Source: Candidatus Poriferihabitaceae bacterium
Lineage (GTDB): Bacteria > Pseudomonadota > Gammaproteobacteria > Arenicellales > Poriferihabitantaceae
NCBI GenBank assembly: GCA_965223465.1
Contig: OZ245025.1
Coordinates: 2,253,900 to 2,317,899 of the forward strand
DNA length: 64,000 bases
Direction of reading: 5' to 3'
The position numbers and the translations under genes are program-made. Numbering within the stretch: the stretch's first letter is position 1; the number at the start of each line of letters is the position of its first letter. Shown in pieces: positions 29,133 through 39,198 of the stretch. The notes under the pieces were generated by a model. That model did not search any database. It was not told where the DNA came from and saw only the letters and a program-made list of their open reading frames with translations.

Positions 29133-30401
29133 TTATCCTTCAGCGCGTTTTTTGGTTTCCTGATAAACGAATAACGGACGCGTACCTTCCGTAATGACGG
29201 ATTTGTCTACGATTATTTTCTGCACGCCTTCGAGTGAAGGCAATTCGTACATGGTTGCCAACAAGGCGCGCTCTATGATGGAACGCAAGCCACGCGCGCC
29301 AGTCTTGCGCTCCTTGGCTTTCTTGGCAATCGCCTTGAGTGCGCCTTCGCGAAACTCAAGCTCAACCCCTTCAAATTCAATCAGCTTTTGATATTGTTTT
29401 ACCAATGCGTTTTTAGGCTCAAGCAGGATACGTACCAGGGACTCTTCGTCCAGCTCTTCTAAAACCGCATGTACAGGCAGGCGGCCCACAAATTCCGGAA
29501 TCAAGCCATAGCGAACCAAATCCTCTACTTCAAGGTTATTCAGCAGCTCGCCTGAACGGTCTTCGGCGGTGCGCTCGTTTATGTCCGCGCCAAAACCGAT
29601 ACCGGATTTTTCAGTACGTTGTTGTACGACTTTTTCCAGCCCTGAAAACGCACCGCCTACAATGAACAAAATATTGCGCGTATCTACCTGCACAAATTCC
29701 TGCTGTGGGTGCTTGCGCCCTCCTTGGGGTGGAATAGAAGCGACGGTGCCTTCGATGAGCTTTAGCAGGGCCTGTTGTACACCCTCACCAGAAACATCGC
29801 GCGTAATGGATGGGTTATCCGATTTGCGGGAAATCTTATCTATCTCATCGATATAAATAATGCCCATTTGCGCGCGTTCAGCGTCATAGTCGCACTTTTG
29901 CAGTAACTTTTGGATAATGTTCTCTACATCCTCACCCACATAACCTGCTTCGGTCAATGTGGTGGCATCCGCCATGGTAAATGGCACATCCAGCTGGCGA
30001 GCGAGCGTTTCAGCGAGCAAGGTTTTACCCGAGCCGGTCGGCCCAATGAGCAAAATATTGCTCTTGGACAGCTCTACATCATCTTCTTTATCTTCGTTGA
30101 AAATCCGCTTGTAATGGTTATAAACCGCAACTGAGAGTACTTTTTTGGCGTCATCCTGGCCAATCACGTAATCATCCAGTATTGCATGGATTTCCTGGGG
30201 TGAAGGGGTGGATTTTTCGGCGGTCGCGTCATCAACCTCCCCTTCCGCTTCTTCTCGGATAATGTCGTTACATAGATCAACGCACTCGTCACAAATAAAA
30301 ACCGAAGGCCCGGCAATCAGCTTACGTACTTCATTTTGGCTTTTGCCACAAAATGAACAATACAGTAGCTTGTCTTCGTCTTGATCCTTATCTTTTGCCA
30401 T
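29133..30401 (-). CDS. clpX: ATP-dependent Clp protease ATP-binding subunit ClpX
   Basis: 422 aa; zinc-finger [26 protein letters not shown] and Walker A GPTGSGKT. Confidence 0.97.
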   Translation of the reverse strand: MAKDKDQDEDKLLYCSFCGKSQNEVRKLIAGPSVFICDECVDLCNDIIREEAEGEVDDATAEKSTPSPQEIHAILDDYVIGQDDAKKVLSVAVYNHYKRIFNEDKEDDVELSKSNILLIGPTGSGKTLLAETLARQLDVPFTMADATTLTEAGYVGEDVENIIQKLLQKCDYDAERAQMGIIYIDEIDKISRKSDNPSITRDVSGEGVQQALLKLIEGTVASIPPQGGRKHPQQEFVQVDTRNILFIVGGAFSGLEKVVQQRTEKSGIGFGADINERTAEDRSGELLNNLEVEDLVRYGLIPEFVGRLPVHAVLEELDEESLVRILLEPKNALVKQYQKLIEFEGVELEFREGALKAIAKKAKERKTGARGLRSIIERALLATMYELPSLEGVQKIIVDKSVITEGTRPLFVYQETKKRAEG

Positions 30402-30576
30402 TTTAAGTACACATCTTAATTCTAAAGCCTTTGCGTTGACTGATATCGTAATTCAAATAAACAACCAATCGAACGATTTTGCAATCACTTCGGGTAAGTA
30501 TGTGGTAGCGCAGAGCGTTTTTCAAGCCGTCTGGCAGAATAAATCCGGGTGAATAATGGCTTAGAAAATTGCCCAA

Positions 30577-31257
30577 TCAGGCTGACATATCGGCGCGTTT
30601 GACCAACATTGAGTCGATTAAACCATATTTAACCGCTTCATCTGTGCTCATAAAATTATCGCGCTCTGTATCGGTTTCGATGGTTTTGAGTTTTTGTCCG
30701 GTATGTGCTGCCAACAATTCATTCAACTCAGCGCGTATACGCAAAATTTCCTTGGCATGGATATCGATATCACTGGCTTGGCCTTGAAAGCCCCCCATTG
30801 GTTGGTGAATCATAATGCGAGAATGGGGTAGGGCAAAACGTTTTCCTTTGGTACCGGCGGTTAACAAAACTGCACCCATGCTGGCAGCCTGACCGATACA
30901 AGCAGTACTCACATCTGAGTGAATGAACTGCATGGTATCGTAAATCGACATTCCAGAGGTGACCGATCCACCCGGGCTATTGATATACAGGTTAATGTCT
31001 TTCTCGGGGTTTTCAGACTCCAGAAACAGCAGCTGCGCGACCACCAGATTGGCCATATAATCCTCGACTTGGCCCACTAAAAATATCACTCGCTCTTTGA
31101 GTAGGCGCGAATAGATGTCATAAGCGCGCTCCCCCCGACCGGTAGTTTCAATTACCATGGGCACGAGTCCACCGGCTGCCTCAACATTGGCCTCGACTAG
31201 CTCCTTGGCATGCATGGAGGTTAAATCAGATAATTTTGGACGATCAGAATAAGACAT
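30577..31257 (-). CDS. clpP: ATP-dependent Clp protease proteolytic subunit ClpP
   Basis: 226 aa; [17 protein letters not shown] and [11 protein letters not shown] motifs. An internal Met could be the true start. Confidence 0.95.
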   Translation of the reverse strand: MSYSDRPKLSDLTSMHAKELVEANVEAAGGLVPMVIETTGRGERAYDIYSRLLKERVIFLVGQVEDYMANLVVAQLLFLESENPEKDINLYINSPGGSVTSGMSIYDTMQFIHSDVSTACIGQAASMGAVLLTAGTKGKRFALPHSRIMIHQPMGGFQGQASDIDIHAKEILRIRAELNELLAAHTGQKLKTIETDTERDNFMSTDEAVKYGLIDSMLVKRADMSA

Positions 31258-31293
31258 AAATAAAACAGAGGTTCGGTTGCTAACGCTAGGAGT

Positions 31294-32589
31294 CTACTCG
31301 CTTGTCATAAACTCTTCGTAAGATTTTTTCACATTTTTAAGCTTGGCTGTGCTGATCAAGTGATCAATAACCTGCTCTTCTATCACCACACTGGCGATTT
31401 GATTGCGCTGCTGCTCATCGTTCATCACGTACTGTTTATATTTGTCCGGCTCGGCATAGCTCCCGGCGAGCTCGTCAACGCGCTTTTCGATTAGCTTTTC
31501 ATCAGGTTTCAGTTTTTCTTCTTCTACCACCGCGTTGACCAGTAAACCCAGCTTAACGCGCTTTTCAGAAGGCTCCTGATAATTCTCGCGCTTGATCATA
31601 TCCTTACTCGGAATACCTTGTTGCTCCAGCTGGCGGGTAACCTCCGCTACCGCTCGATTAATTTCCTCTTCTACGGGTGCCTTGGGAATCGGAAAGTCAT
31701 ATTTATCCGCAATTTTGGACAGCACCTGGTCGCGCAGTGCGTTGCGCTGTTTCTGCTTTAATTCACGATCCAGCCCTTCACGCACTTCTTCACGCATGGC
31801 CTTGATACCGCCCTCAATCCCCATGGATTTGGCAAACGTATCATCTATTTTGGGTAAAGTTCCTTTTTCTATCTTCTTAACAATAACGGCGAATTCGGCG
31901 GTTTTACCGGCTACGTCTTTACCGTGATAATCTTTCGGAAATTTAAGCTTAAAGGTTTTTTCGTCACCTTTTTTAGCACCTTCTAGATTTTTCTCAAACT
32001 CTGGCATGAAACGACCTTCGCCCAACACCAGCTCCGCATCTTTACCTTCACCGCCCGCGAAAGCCTCGCCTTTTATCGTACCGGTAAAATCAACGGTAAG
32101 CTTATCACCTTGTTTGGCCGCTTTATCCGTTTCGGTGTATTCGGTTTGGCGTTTCTGAATGCTGTCAATGGTACGATCAATATCTGCTTCGGTCACATCA
32201 ACCTCAATGGCCTCAATCGTTTCACCTTCCAGGGTAGGTGGATCGATCTCTGGGTAAACTTCGATATCCACATCGAAAACGAAATCCTTGCCCCGCTCCA
32301 TTTGGGTCGGCACGATATTGAGCAAGCTCGCTGGCATGATTTTTTCTTGCTGCAACGCTTTGGGATAGTACTCATTAATAAGTTCGTCCATAGCTTCTTT
32401 AAGTGCAGAACCACCAAACTGCTTTTCGAGCATTTTTTGCGGGATTTTACCCTTGCGAAACCCAGGTAGCTTTGCGTTCTTGGCATAGCGCGCGAGCTTT
32501 TTATTGACCGCCTTATCAAATACTTTTGCTGCGACTGATATGGTGACTTTACGTGCGATACCTTCTTGCTTCTCGATTGAAACTTCCAT
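31294..32589 (-). CDS. tig: Trigger factor
   Basis: I trimmed the ORF-track start (32700) to the Met at 32589 (MEVSIEKQEGIARKVTISV). The upstream extension overlaps a tRNA-Leu gene. FRKGKIPQKMLEKQFG is the ribosome-binding signature. Confidence 0.93.
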   Translation of the reverse strand: MEVSIEKQEGIARKVTISVAAKVFDKAVNKKLARYAKNAKLPGFRKGKIPQKMLEKQFGGSALKEAMDELINEYYPKALQQEKIMPASLLNIVPTQMERGKDFVFDVDIEVYPEIDPPTLEGETIEAIEVDVTEADIDRTIDSIQKRQTEYTETDKAAKQGDKLTVDFTGTIKGEAFAGGEGKDAELVLGEGRFMPEFEKNLEGAKKGDEKTFKLKFPKDYHGKDVAGKTAEFAVIVKKIEKGTLPKIDDTFAKSMGIEGGIKAMREEVREGLDRELKQKQRNALRDQVLSKIADKYDFPIPKAPVEEEINRAVAEVTRQLEQQGIPSKDMIKRENYQEPSEKRVKLGLLVNAVVEEEKLKPDEKLIEKRVDELAGSYAEPDKYKQYVMNDEQQRNQIASVVIEEQVIDHLISTAKLKNVKKSYEEFMTSE

Positions 32590-32670
32590 TACTAGTTCTA
32601 TTGTATGCGTTAAATTAAATCGGGGTGGCTTATTCGGAGTCGTGTAGTGCTGGCCAACAAGCCCTGAAGA

Positions 32671-32756
<86 letters not shown>

Positions 32757-32895
32757 TTCATATGCTTTCACGTACTCGCGCGCAGCGCGACAAACGCGAA
32801 AGGCTTAGTGCAGAATAAATCTATTCGATAAATTCTGCCCAGTACTTTATCACCAGCACCAATCACTATAGCCGCATATCGCCGCTATAAAAATA

Positions 32896-32972
32896 TGGGG
32901 TGAGCGATGGGGCTCGAACCCACGACCACCGGAATCACAATCCGGGGCTCTACCAACTGAGCTACGCTCACC
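32896..32972 (-). tRNA. tRNA-His (GUG anticodon) with the extra 5' G(-1)
   Basis: Minus strand reads GGTGAGCGTAGCTCAGTTGGTAGAGCCCCGGATTGTGATTCCGGTGGTCGTGGGTTCGAGCCCCATCGCTCACCCCA. Confidence 0.92.
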
Positions 32973-33032
32973 ATAATCAGCACCTGCCTTACAACAAATA
33001 CTGCGCCTCAACAGAGACTTGCACCAACCTAT

Positions 33033-33418
33033 TGGCGCGCCCGACAGGACTCGAACCTGTAACCTACGGCTTAGCTTACCCACCACGGCTTTCGCCGCCA
33101 AGATGATAGGCTATTCGCGCTACACACCCTGTTTGGGGTCTGGACTATATCTTCACCATTTCAGGTGGGACACGTATAGTCTCTACGGATCCCGTTTATT
33201 CGATACCTACCGCCACAGTGCTTCGCCCGCGACCCTTCGGTATCTTGCCGGTTTCCTCGGTATTGCCATAAGTGTACCACTATCATGCACTTGAAGGTTT
33301 CACCGATACAGTGTCCTGCACTGATCAAGTTTTGTTTCCCCGATCAGGCTCCTGTTAGAAATCAACTGCTCGATTTCATGTCAAAGGCCGTTGCTCTATC
33401 CAGTTGAGCTACGGGCGC
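33033..33418 (-). tRNA. tRNA-Arg (UCU anticodon) gene split by a group I intron between anticodon-loop positions 34 and 35
   Basis: The 5' exon is 33418-33384 (GCGCCCGTAGCTCAACTGGATAGAGCAACGGCCTT). The 3' exon is 33074-33033 (CTAAGCCGTAGGTTACAGGTTCGAGTCCTGTCGGGCGCGCCA). Joined, they give a perfect 77-nt cloverleaf with anticodon loop CUUCUAA. Confidence 0.85.
33075..33383 (-). ncRNA. Group I intron (IC3-like tRNA-intron type), ~309 nt, no internal ORF
   Basis: Core pairings are readable on the minus strand: P3 GGACAC/GTGTCC, P4 GTATC/GATAC, P6 GGGTC/GATCC, P7 AGACTATA/TATAGTC, P8 CACC-TGAAAT-GGTG, P2 CTGATC/GATCAG, and a GAAA-capped CGGC/GCCG hairpin. The upstream exon ends in U, the intron ends in G, and a GAGCC guide sequence is present. 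Confidence 0.8.
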
Positions 33419-33470
33419 TCATTCATTGCCAAAATAATTGTTAAATCACACCAATAATCTGGGCTAAAAC

Positions 33471-33547
<77 letters not shown>

Positions 33548-33600
33548 AGCTTACCTGTTGTGCACCAGACATACGCCGGCACGTATACACAGGGTGGGCG

Positions 33601-33629
33601 AATATACTGACTCATATCCTAAAGGTCAA
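33601..33629 (-). promoter_or_regulatory. Candidate sigma-70 promoter of the Pro-Arg-His-Leu tRNA operon, with a GC-rich discriminator
   Basis: Minus strand reads TTGACC, a 17-nt spacer, TATATT, then CGCCCACCC. This lies ~45 nt upstream of the tRNA-Pro 5' end. Confidence 0.5.
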
Positions 33630-33835
33630 TGCTGTTCAAGGCTTTATTTGATCTATCAGAATAGTGCTTTAGATTGATCAGCGAATGGTACTCTATGACA
33701 AGCCATCCACTTTACCTGAATTAAACTTATCAACCAAGGTTAAAGCAAGGGGCTGTGCCACCTTAACCCTGTTCTCGTTATGGTGGCTAACCCAAACCGC
33801 AGCACTGAATTGTGCTACGGTAACCTGGGTTGATT

Positions 33836-34765
33836 TTAATGTGTGAATTTACCTAATTTGATTCGCTCTGCTTCCATCAGCTCAACTTCACGCGCGCCGG
33901 AAATCACGATAGCGGGATCCGGAACAAAATCTAACTCTAGATTACCGCGCTCGTAGGGTACCGCATTTAAAATCACGCGCATTGCATTTAAACGAGCCAG
34001 GTGTTTGTCATTGGAGCGTATCACCGTCCACGGCGCATTGCTCACGTGCGTACGCTTAAGCATTTCATATTTTTGGTTGGTAAAATCGTCCCAACGTTCC
34101 TGCGCCTGTAAATCAACCTCGCTCAGTTTCCATTGACGCAGTGGGTCAGTTTTACGTCGCTCAAACCGATCGGCCTGCTCTGATTTGGTTACACTAAAAT
34201 ATAGTTTCACCAGAATGATGCCATTGCGTACCAGGTCTTTTTCAAAACCGACCACGCCCTTCATAAATTGGCGATATTCTTCCGGGGTACAAAACCCAAA
34301 TACGGGTTCGACCATCGCTCGGTTATACCAACTTCGATCAAACAAAACGACTTCCCCACCCCGGGGGAATTTTTCAACATAGCGCTGAAAAAACCATTGG
34401 GTGCGCTGCGCATCACTGGGTTTACCTTGCGCCACAATGCGATAGTGCTTTTCATTCATATAACGTGCAACCCTGCGAATCGTACCGCCCTTTCCCGAAG
34501 CATCCCGCCCTTCAAACAAAATAATCATCGGACGCTTGGTTTGTTCCAGGTAATTTTGCAACCGAATTAATTCCGCTTGATACGGCTTGAGAGATTTTTC
34601 TTGTTGCCGCTTGGAAACTGCTTTTGCCGTCTTGCGCGCTTGCTTGGCCTCAGGATCTTCTACCGGCTTCGGTGCCGCGGTCTTAGCTTGAGATGACTCT
34701 GATTTGGCTTTTATCGGGGCGGCAACTGGAGGCTTGTTCTTGGGAGGTGTTTGTGTCGTCATCGC
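33836..34765 (-). CDS. ppk2: Polyphosphate kinase 2 (single PPK2 domain)
   Basis: ILFEGRDASGKGGTIRRV Walker-A-like motif and RSWYNR. I moved the start to MTTQTPPKNK (34765), because the 18-codon upstream extension looks spurious. Confidence 0.85.
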   Translation of the reverse strand, partial: AMTTQTPPKNKPPVAAPIKAKSESSQAKTAAPKPVEDPEAKQARKTAKAVSKRQQEKSLKPYQAELIRLQNYLEQTKRPMIILFEGRDASGKGGTIRRVARYMNEKHYRIVAQGKPSDAQRTQWFFQRYVEKFPRGGEVVLFDRSWYNRAMVEPVFGFCTPEEYRQFMKGVVGFEKDLVRNGIILVKLYFSVTKSEQADRFERRKTDPLRQWKLSEVDLQAQERWDDFTNQKYEMLKRTHVSNAPWTVIRSNDKHLARLNAMRVILNAVPYERGNLELDFVPDPAIVISGAREVELMEAERIKLGKFTH

Positions 34766-34904
34766 TTCTCCGGGGTGATGGTTGAACAGGAAACATGAGA
34801 TTTTATACCAAATTAGCACATAACCGCATTATCCATCTGAAAAACAAGCGCAAAAATTGACGTATATCATTTATCTATACGCCCATAAGCACAAAAGCTC
34901 CTTC

Positions 34905-35429
34905 CTACAAAAGATCTACAATGGCTTGGCGTAATTGAGCTTCAGACATCAACCCCAACTTCTTGGCGCGCAGCTGACCTTGCCGATCAAATACCAGGGT
35001 TAATGGCAGACTGCCATTACTACCCAGCGATGCCAACCATTTGCTACCCTGCATCGGACCAGCGAGCAGTTGCGGATACTCCATACCCATCGCATCGACA
35101 TACCGACGCACAGCTTCTTTATCATCATGCGCAATACCGATCAGCTCCAATCCCTGGGTTTGGTATTGTGCCAGCACATCCATAAACATTGGTATTTCCT
35201 TGCGACAAGGCTCACACCAGGTGGCCCAGTGATTCACCACCAAAACCTTACCTTGCCATTCGGTTAAGCGATTTTGGCCATCATCAAGATTGTCCCAGAG
35301 TAAATCGGACAGCGTATTGTCGCTTATTTCGAAGGAGGTATCGGGTGGAGTTGTGCGTTGACTACCAAATTGCCAGCCCAGCACAAGCCCCACTACCGCC
35401 AGACCAATAAAGATGCCTTTTCTTATCAC
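34905..35429 (-). CDS. TlpA/ResA-like periplasmic thiol:disulfide oxidoreductase
   Basis: 174 aa with an N-terminal membrane anchor and a WATWCEPC thioredoxin motif. Confidence 0.85.
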   Translation of the reverse strand: MIRKGIFIGLAVVGLVLGWQFGSQRTTPPDTSFEISDNTLSDLLWDNLDDGQNRLTEWQGKVLVVNHWATWCEPCRKEIPMFMDVLAQYQTQGLELIGIAHDDKEAVRRYVDAMGMEYPQLLAGPMQGSKWLASLGSNGSLPLTLVFDRQGQLRAKKLGLMSEAQLRQAIVDLL

Positions 35430-35450
35430 GCCAGCGTATCTGTTATATCG

Positions 35451-37769
35451 CTAAATCGAGTTCAGGTGTACCAGAAATCGCTCGGCGTTCTTAAAACCAT
35501 AAAAACTCTTGTCCTTGAGTTGCTCACCCTCGGGACTAAAAAACAATACCGCCGGTGGACCAAATACACCAAAGCGCTTTTTCAACGCCTTACGCTGTTC
35601 GTCATTGGGGTCGGTTACATCCACCTGCAGCGCGATAAAACCTTGCGCCAATGCATTGCGCACCGCTGGATCACTGAATGTGGCTTCCTCCATCTTGATG
35701 CAGTCAACGCACCAATCCGCGTAGTAATCAATCATGATGTGTTTACCCGATTGGCGGGCAACAACGAATTGCTGGTCTAGCGCTTCAGTATTATTTACGC
35801 GGGTAAATACATGTTCGTTTTCAACTGCTGTTTTATGCTGGGTTGCTGGGCCGACAAACAAGCGCTCAGGCAAAGGATGCAAGATATCACGCTGCCCATA
35901 AATTGCGCCGACCAGCGCCAGTACACCCCACACCAGAAAAAGCGTTCCCAAGCCTTTAAATAGTTTTCGCCAGCCCGAAGCCTCTTCAGGCAAGGATTGG
36001 GTGGCACCCAGATAAACTGCCACCACGATAAACAAGGCCGACCATAGATACAGTACCGGTACCTCCGGTAAGACCGATAGAAGATAAATCGCGACGGCCA
36101 ATAACAGCACGCCAAAAACATATTTAACTTTATCCATCCAGGCGCCTGCTTTAGGGATAAGGTGGCCCGCACCCATGCCGATGAGTATCAGCGGCACCCC
36201 CATACCCAGCGCCATCGAGAACATGGTCATCGCACCCAAGCTGGCCGAGCCACGCGCAATCGCAATACTTAAAAATGAAATCAATACCGGCGATACACAA
36301 GCGCCCACAATCAACGCTGAGATTAGGCCGAGTAAAAATACCATCGGTGTCGATCCGCCCTTGATGCCCTGGGATTTTTCTGTCATGCGTGATTGAATGA
36401 ATGATGGCATCTGGATTTCATACAGACCAAACATCGACAAGGCCATTAAAACAAAAATCAATGCGATGATGCCAATCGCCCACACGTTTTGGAAATACGC
36501 CTGCAATTGGTCACCGGTTGCGCCTGCCACCGCACCGATGGCGGCATAGGTAACCGCCGTACCCAAAACATAGATACTCGCTAACCAGGCTGCCTTGGTT
36601 TTCGTCAGGCTTTCGCCCTGACCCGCGATCACGCTCGAGAGAATGGGGATCAGCGGCAGCACACAAGGGGTAAACGTCAACCCAATACCCGCCGCAAACG
36701 CGGTTAGTAATATCCACCAGAGGGTTTTATCATTTTTGGTTGCCGGATTCAGCGAGGATGATGCTGGTACCTGAATCGGGTTTTGCGTCGAAAGCGATTT
36801 ATTCGTGTTCGACCCATTTTGCGCACTCGCCGTGCTGATTAAGGCTGGCATGGTGAGCTCAAAACTTTTGTTCTGTGGCGGATAGCACACCCCGAGCTCG
36901 GCACAACCCTGATACTGAATATCCAGCATCAAGGTATTTTTATCTGCGACTCCGCCAGCGGCCTTTATCGATGCATCAAAAGGATATTTATACACCACCA
37001 CTTCACCAAAGTACTCATCTTGTTTGAGCTCACCTTCGGGTAACACGGGCTGTTCTAACTTATGACTGGAAGAATCAAACTTGAACTTGTTCTGATATAA
37101 GTAATACCCCTCGGCGATATCGAAACGTAGGCTGATGGTGTCATCGCGGGCGATTACGTTGACCTTAAACGCCTCATCCACCGGCAACAATTCGTCTTCT
37201 GCAGTTTCCACGCCCAGCAAGTTTCGCAAATCCTCAATCGAGCTTAGCGACCCTTCATCTGCAGCAGTTGCGTTCATCTGGGGCGTGGGGTCGGCAAGCG
37301 GTTTGGGTGCTTCGGTACCAGCGGCAGCCAGGGTGATCGGTATTTCGTGGGTGATTGGCGGGTAGCATACCCCCACCGGTTCGTTACACCCCTGGCCTTT
37401 TACGGTCAGAATTGCATCCTCGGCATTTCCTTTTGGGTGAAGCGTAAACGCAACCTGATTGAGATAGACTTCAACGCTGCCGAATACCGGATCTTCTTTA
37501 GGCTTGCTTTCGGGAAAATCGTAATTAATCGCAATGGGGTTGCCCGCTTGATCCTCCAGGGCAAAGGATAATTTATCGCGATACATATAGTAACCGTCTG
37601 CAATCTCCCATTTGGCTTCAATCGTATCCGTGAGGGTGTTCGCAGAAAATGCAAAAGCTTCTTCCGATGGCAGCAGCTCGTCATCCTGCGCAAAACTTAG
37701 CCCACAACTCAACCCAAGCAAGCTGCTGAAGAGTATGCTGGTAATAGTGGAAACTGGGTTTTTTAACAT
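35451..37769 (-). CDS. dsbD: Thiol:disulfide interchange protein DsbD with two tandem N-terminal alpha domains
   Basis: 772 aa. Two copies of the DsbD-alpha pattern occur (DELLP..EAF...A.GYY.Y....QGC.....GVCYPP). They are followed by the multi-TM core and the C-terminal thioredoxin-like domain (YADWCVDC). Confidence 0.9.
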   Translation of the reverse strand: MLKNPVSTITSILFSSLLGLSCGLSFAQDDELLPSEEAFAFSANTLTDTIEAKWEIADGYYMYRDKLSFALEDQAGNPIAINYDFPESKPKEDPVFGSVEVYLNQVAFTLHPKGNAEDAILTVKGQGCNEPVGVCYPPITHEIPITLAAAGTEAPKPLADPTPQMNATAADEGSLSSIEDLRNLLGVETAEDELLPVDEAFKVNVIARDDTISLRFDIAEGYYLYQNKFKFDSSSHKLEQPVLPEGELKQDEYFGEVVVYKYPFDASIKAAGGVADKNTLMLDIQYQGCAELGVCYPPQNKSFELTMPALISTASAQNGSNTNKSLSTQNPIQVPASSSLNPATKNDKTLWWILLTAFAAGIGLTFTPCVLPLIPILSSVIAGQGESLTKTKAAWLASIYVLGTAVTYAAIGAVAGATGDQLQAYFQNVWAIGIIALIFVLMALSMFGLYEIQMPSFIQSRMTEKSQGIKGGSTPMVFLLGLISALIVGACVSPVLISFLSIAIARGSASLGAMTMFSMALGMGVPLILIGMGAGHLIPKAGAWMDKVKYVFGVLLLAVAIYLLSVLPEVPVLYLWSALFIVVAVYLGATQSLPEEASGWRKLFKGLGTLFLVWGVLALVGAIYGQRDILHPLPERLFVGPATQHKTAVENEHVFTRVNNTEALDQQFVVARQSGKHIMIDYYADWCVDCIKMEEATFSDPAVRNALAQGFIALQVDVTDPNDEQRKALKKRFGVFGPPAVLFFSPEGEQLKDKSFYGFKNAERFLVHLNSI

Positions 37770-38088
37770 GATTTGTTTATCGGAATACCATTCGCTTCGC
37801 AGGCACGCTGCTTTCCAAGCGTAATATCTGACCGCGAATTAGGCCACAAGTTCGGCTATTTGTATGTAGCTCATTAGTTGTATGACAATTAGTACTATTA
37901 CGTGTTGTGTTCTGCAAAACAGATACGGCTTCACAACGTGTAAACTATTTGCTCGCCCTTTTTACATATTTTTCACAACATAACGATTCAAGGGTCACGT
38001 AATCTCCTACTGGCGCATAATTGTCATCGTTATGGACGAGTGGATTTGGGCCTATCCACTCAACGACAATAGTATGCGTATCAATTAT

Positions 38089-38247
38089 CTATTCCTGCTT
38101 CGCCCAAGCATAGAAAGACGCTGCGACGCTGTCCAGCGCTAAGTCTTTACCAATCGCAACAACGCGTGCCAGTTTTTCTTGGCCCGGTCCATAAGCAACC
38201 ATAATTTCATCCCCAAGCTTTACCTCAGTCCCGCATTTATATTTCAT
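38089..38247 (-). CDS. Small hypothetical protein (52 aa from the internal Met)
   Basis: MKYKCGTEVKLGDEIMV... is preceded by taaggaaacct, an RBS at good spacing. The longer ORF-track start overlaps the upstream gene. Confidence 0.4.
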   Translation of the reverse strand: MKYKCGTEVKLGDEIMVAYGPGQEKLARVVAIGKDLALDSVAASFYAWAKQE

Positions 38248-38275
38248 AGGTTTCCTTAGTGTGTAATGGCGATCA

Positions 38276-38620
38276 CTAATGCGGCACATTAAACAACTGG
38301 TCCAGCTTATCGATTGCTGCCAGCAGGTCGTCGGTGTTTTCCTCGTAAAGTTTAAATTCTTCCTCAGCCAAAGGGTGAATTTCGCAAAAAGTTGGTAGCG
38401 GCAATTGTTTGGCGATTAACTCGCGCGTTTTAGGAAACATCACCCATTGCAACCATTCCAGAAAAGCCATGGTATCGTAACAAAACGGCGCGGTACTCCC
38501 GAACGCGCTCGCGTCTGGACGCTCGCTGGCGTACAAACTCAGCTCTTGCATTATCGCTTCGATACGCTGAATTTGGCTTTCAATCCGGACATAACGCTGT
38601 TTACTTGCGGTACTACACAT
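38276..38620 (-). CDS. YqcC-like protein (DUF446)
   Basis: 114 aa; ELSLYASERPDASAFGSTAPFCYDTMAFLEWLQWVMFPK matches the YqcC family pattern. Confidence 0.65.
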   Translation of the reverse strand: MCSTASKQRYVRIESQIQRIEAIMQELSLYASERPDASAFGSTAPFCYDTMAFLEWLQWVMFPKTRELIAKQLPLPTFCEIHPLAEEEFKLYEENTDDLLAAIDKLDQLFNVPH

Positions 38621-38694
38621 TTATACTTTAGCTAGCATGGTAATTTGGGTAATCAACCATATATTATAAGGACCCAATCTTATAAAACGATTAT

Positions 38695-39129
38695 ATGTTC
38701 AAGCTTTTTCTGCTTTTTTTGCTCGTTCCTGCCATTGAGCTTTATTTCCTGATCGAAATAGGCAGCGTCATTGGCGCGGGCTTTACCATATTTATGGTGG
38801 TGCTGACAGCGGTGATTGGCGCGGCATTAGTTCGCTATCAAGGGGTCACGACCCTGGCGCGCGCACAAACTGAACTGATTAAAAAAAGGGTGCCGGCGAT
38901 GGAAGTAATGGAAGGAGCCTTAATATTACTCGCTGGCGCGATGCTGCTGATTCCTGGGTTTTTTTCTGATGCAATGGGCTTTGTTTTATTGATTTCACCC
39001 CTGCGCCGCTGGTTGGTACAGCGATACTTAAAAAATCGAGTGGTCAGTGTCGGGGGCCACGTCGACACAACGCAAAACGAGGCCGGCAATCGACGTGTGA
39101 TAGACGTAGATTATAAAGATTTGGACTAA
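38695..39129 (+). CDS. fxsA: FxsA family inner-membrane protein
   Basis: MFKLFLLFLLVPAIELYFLIEIGSVIGAGFTI... and LLIPGFFSDAMGFVLLISPLRR. Confidence 0.85.
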   Translation: MFKLFLLFLLVPAIELYFLIEIGSVIGAGFTIFMVVLTAVIGAALVRYQGVTTLARAQTELIKKRVPAMEVMEGALILLAGAMLLIPGFFSDAMGFVLLISPLRRWLVQRYLKNRVVSVGGHVDTTQNEAGNRRVIDVDYKDLD

Positions 39130-39171
39130 TCACGTATTTTTTATCTCCTTCCATTTTTTTTAATTTTCCTA

Positions 39172-39198
39172 TTGAAATTTAAATCGCTATCACTATGA
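39172..39198 (+). promoter_or_regulatory. Candidate sigma-32-type heat-shock promoter of groESL
   Basis: TTGAAA (39172-39177), a 13-nt spacer, then CACTATGA. This is a loose fit to CTTGAAA-N13-14-CCCCATNT. Confidence 0.4.
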
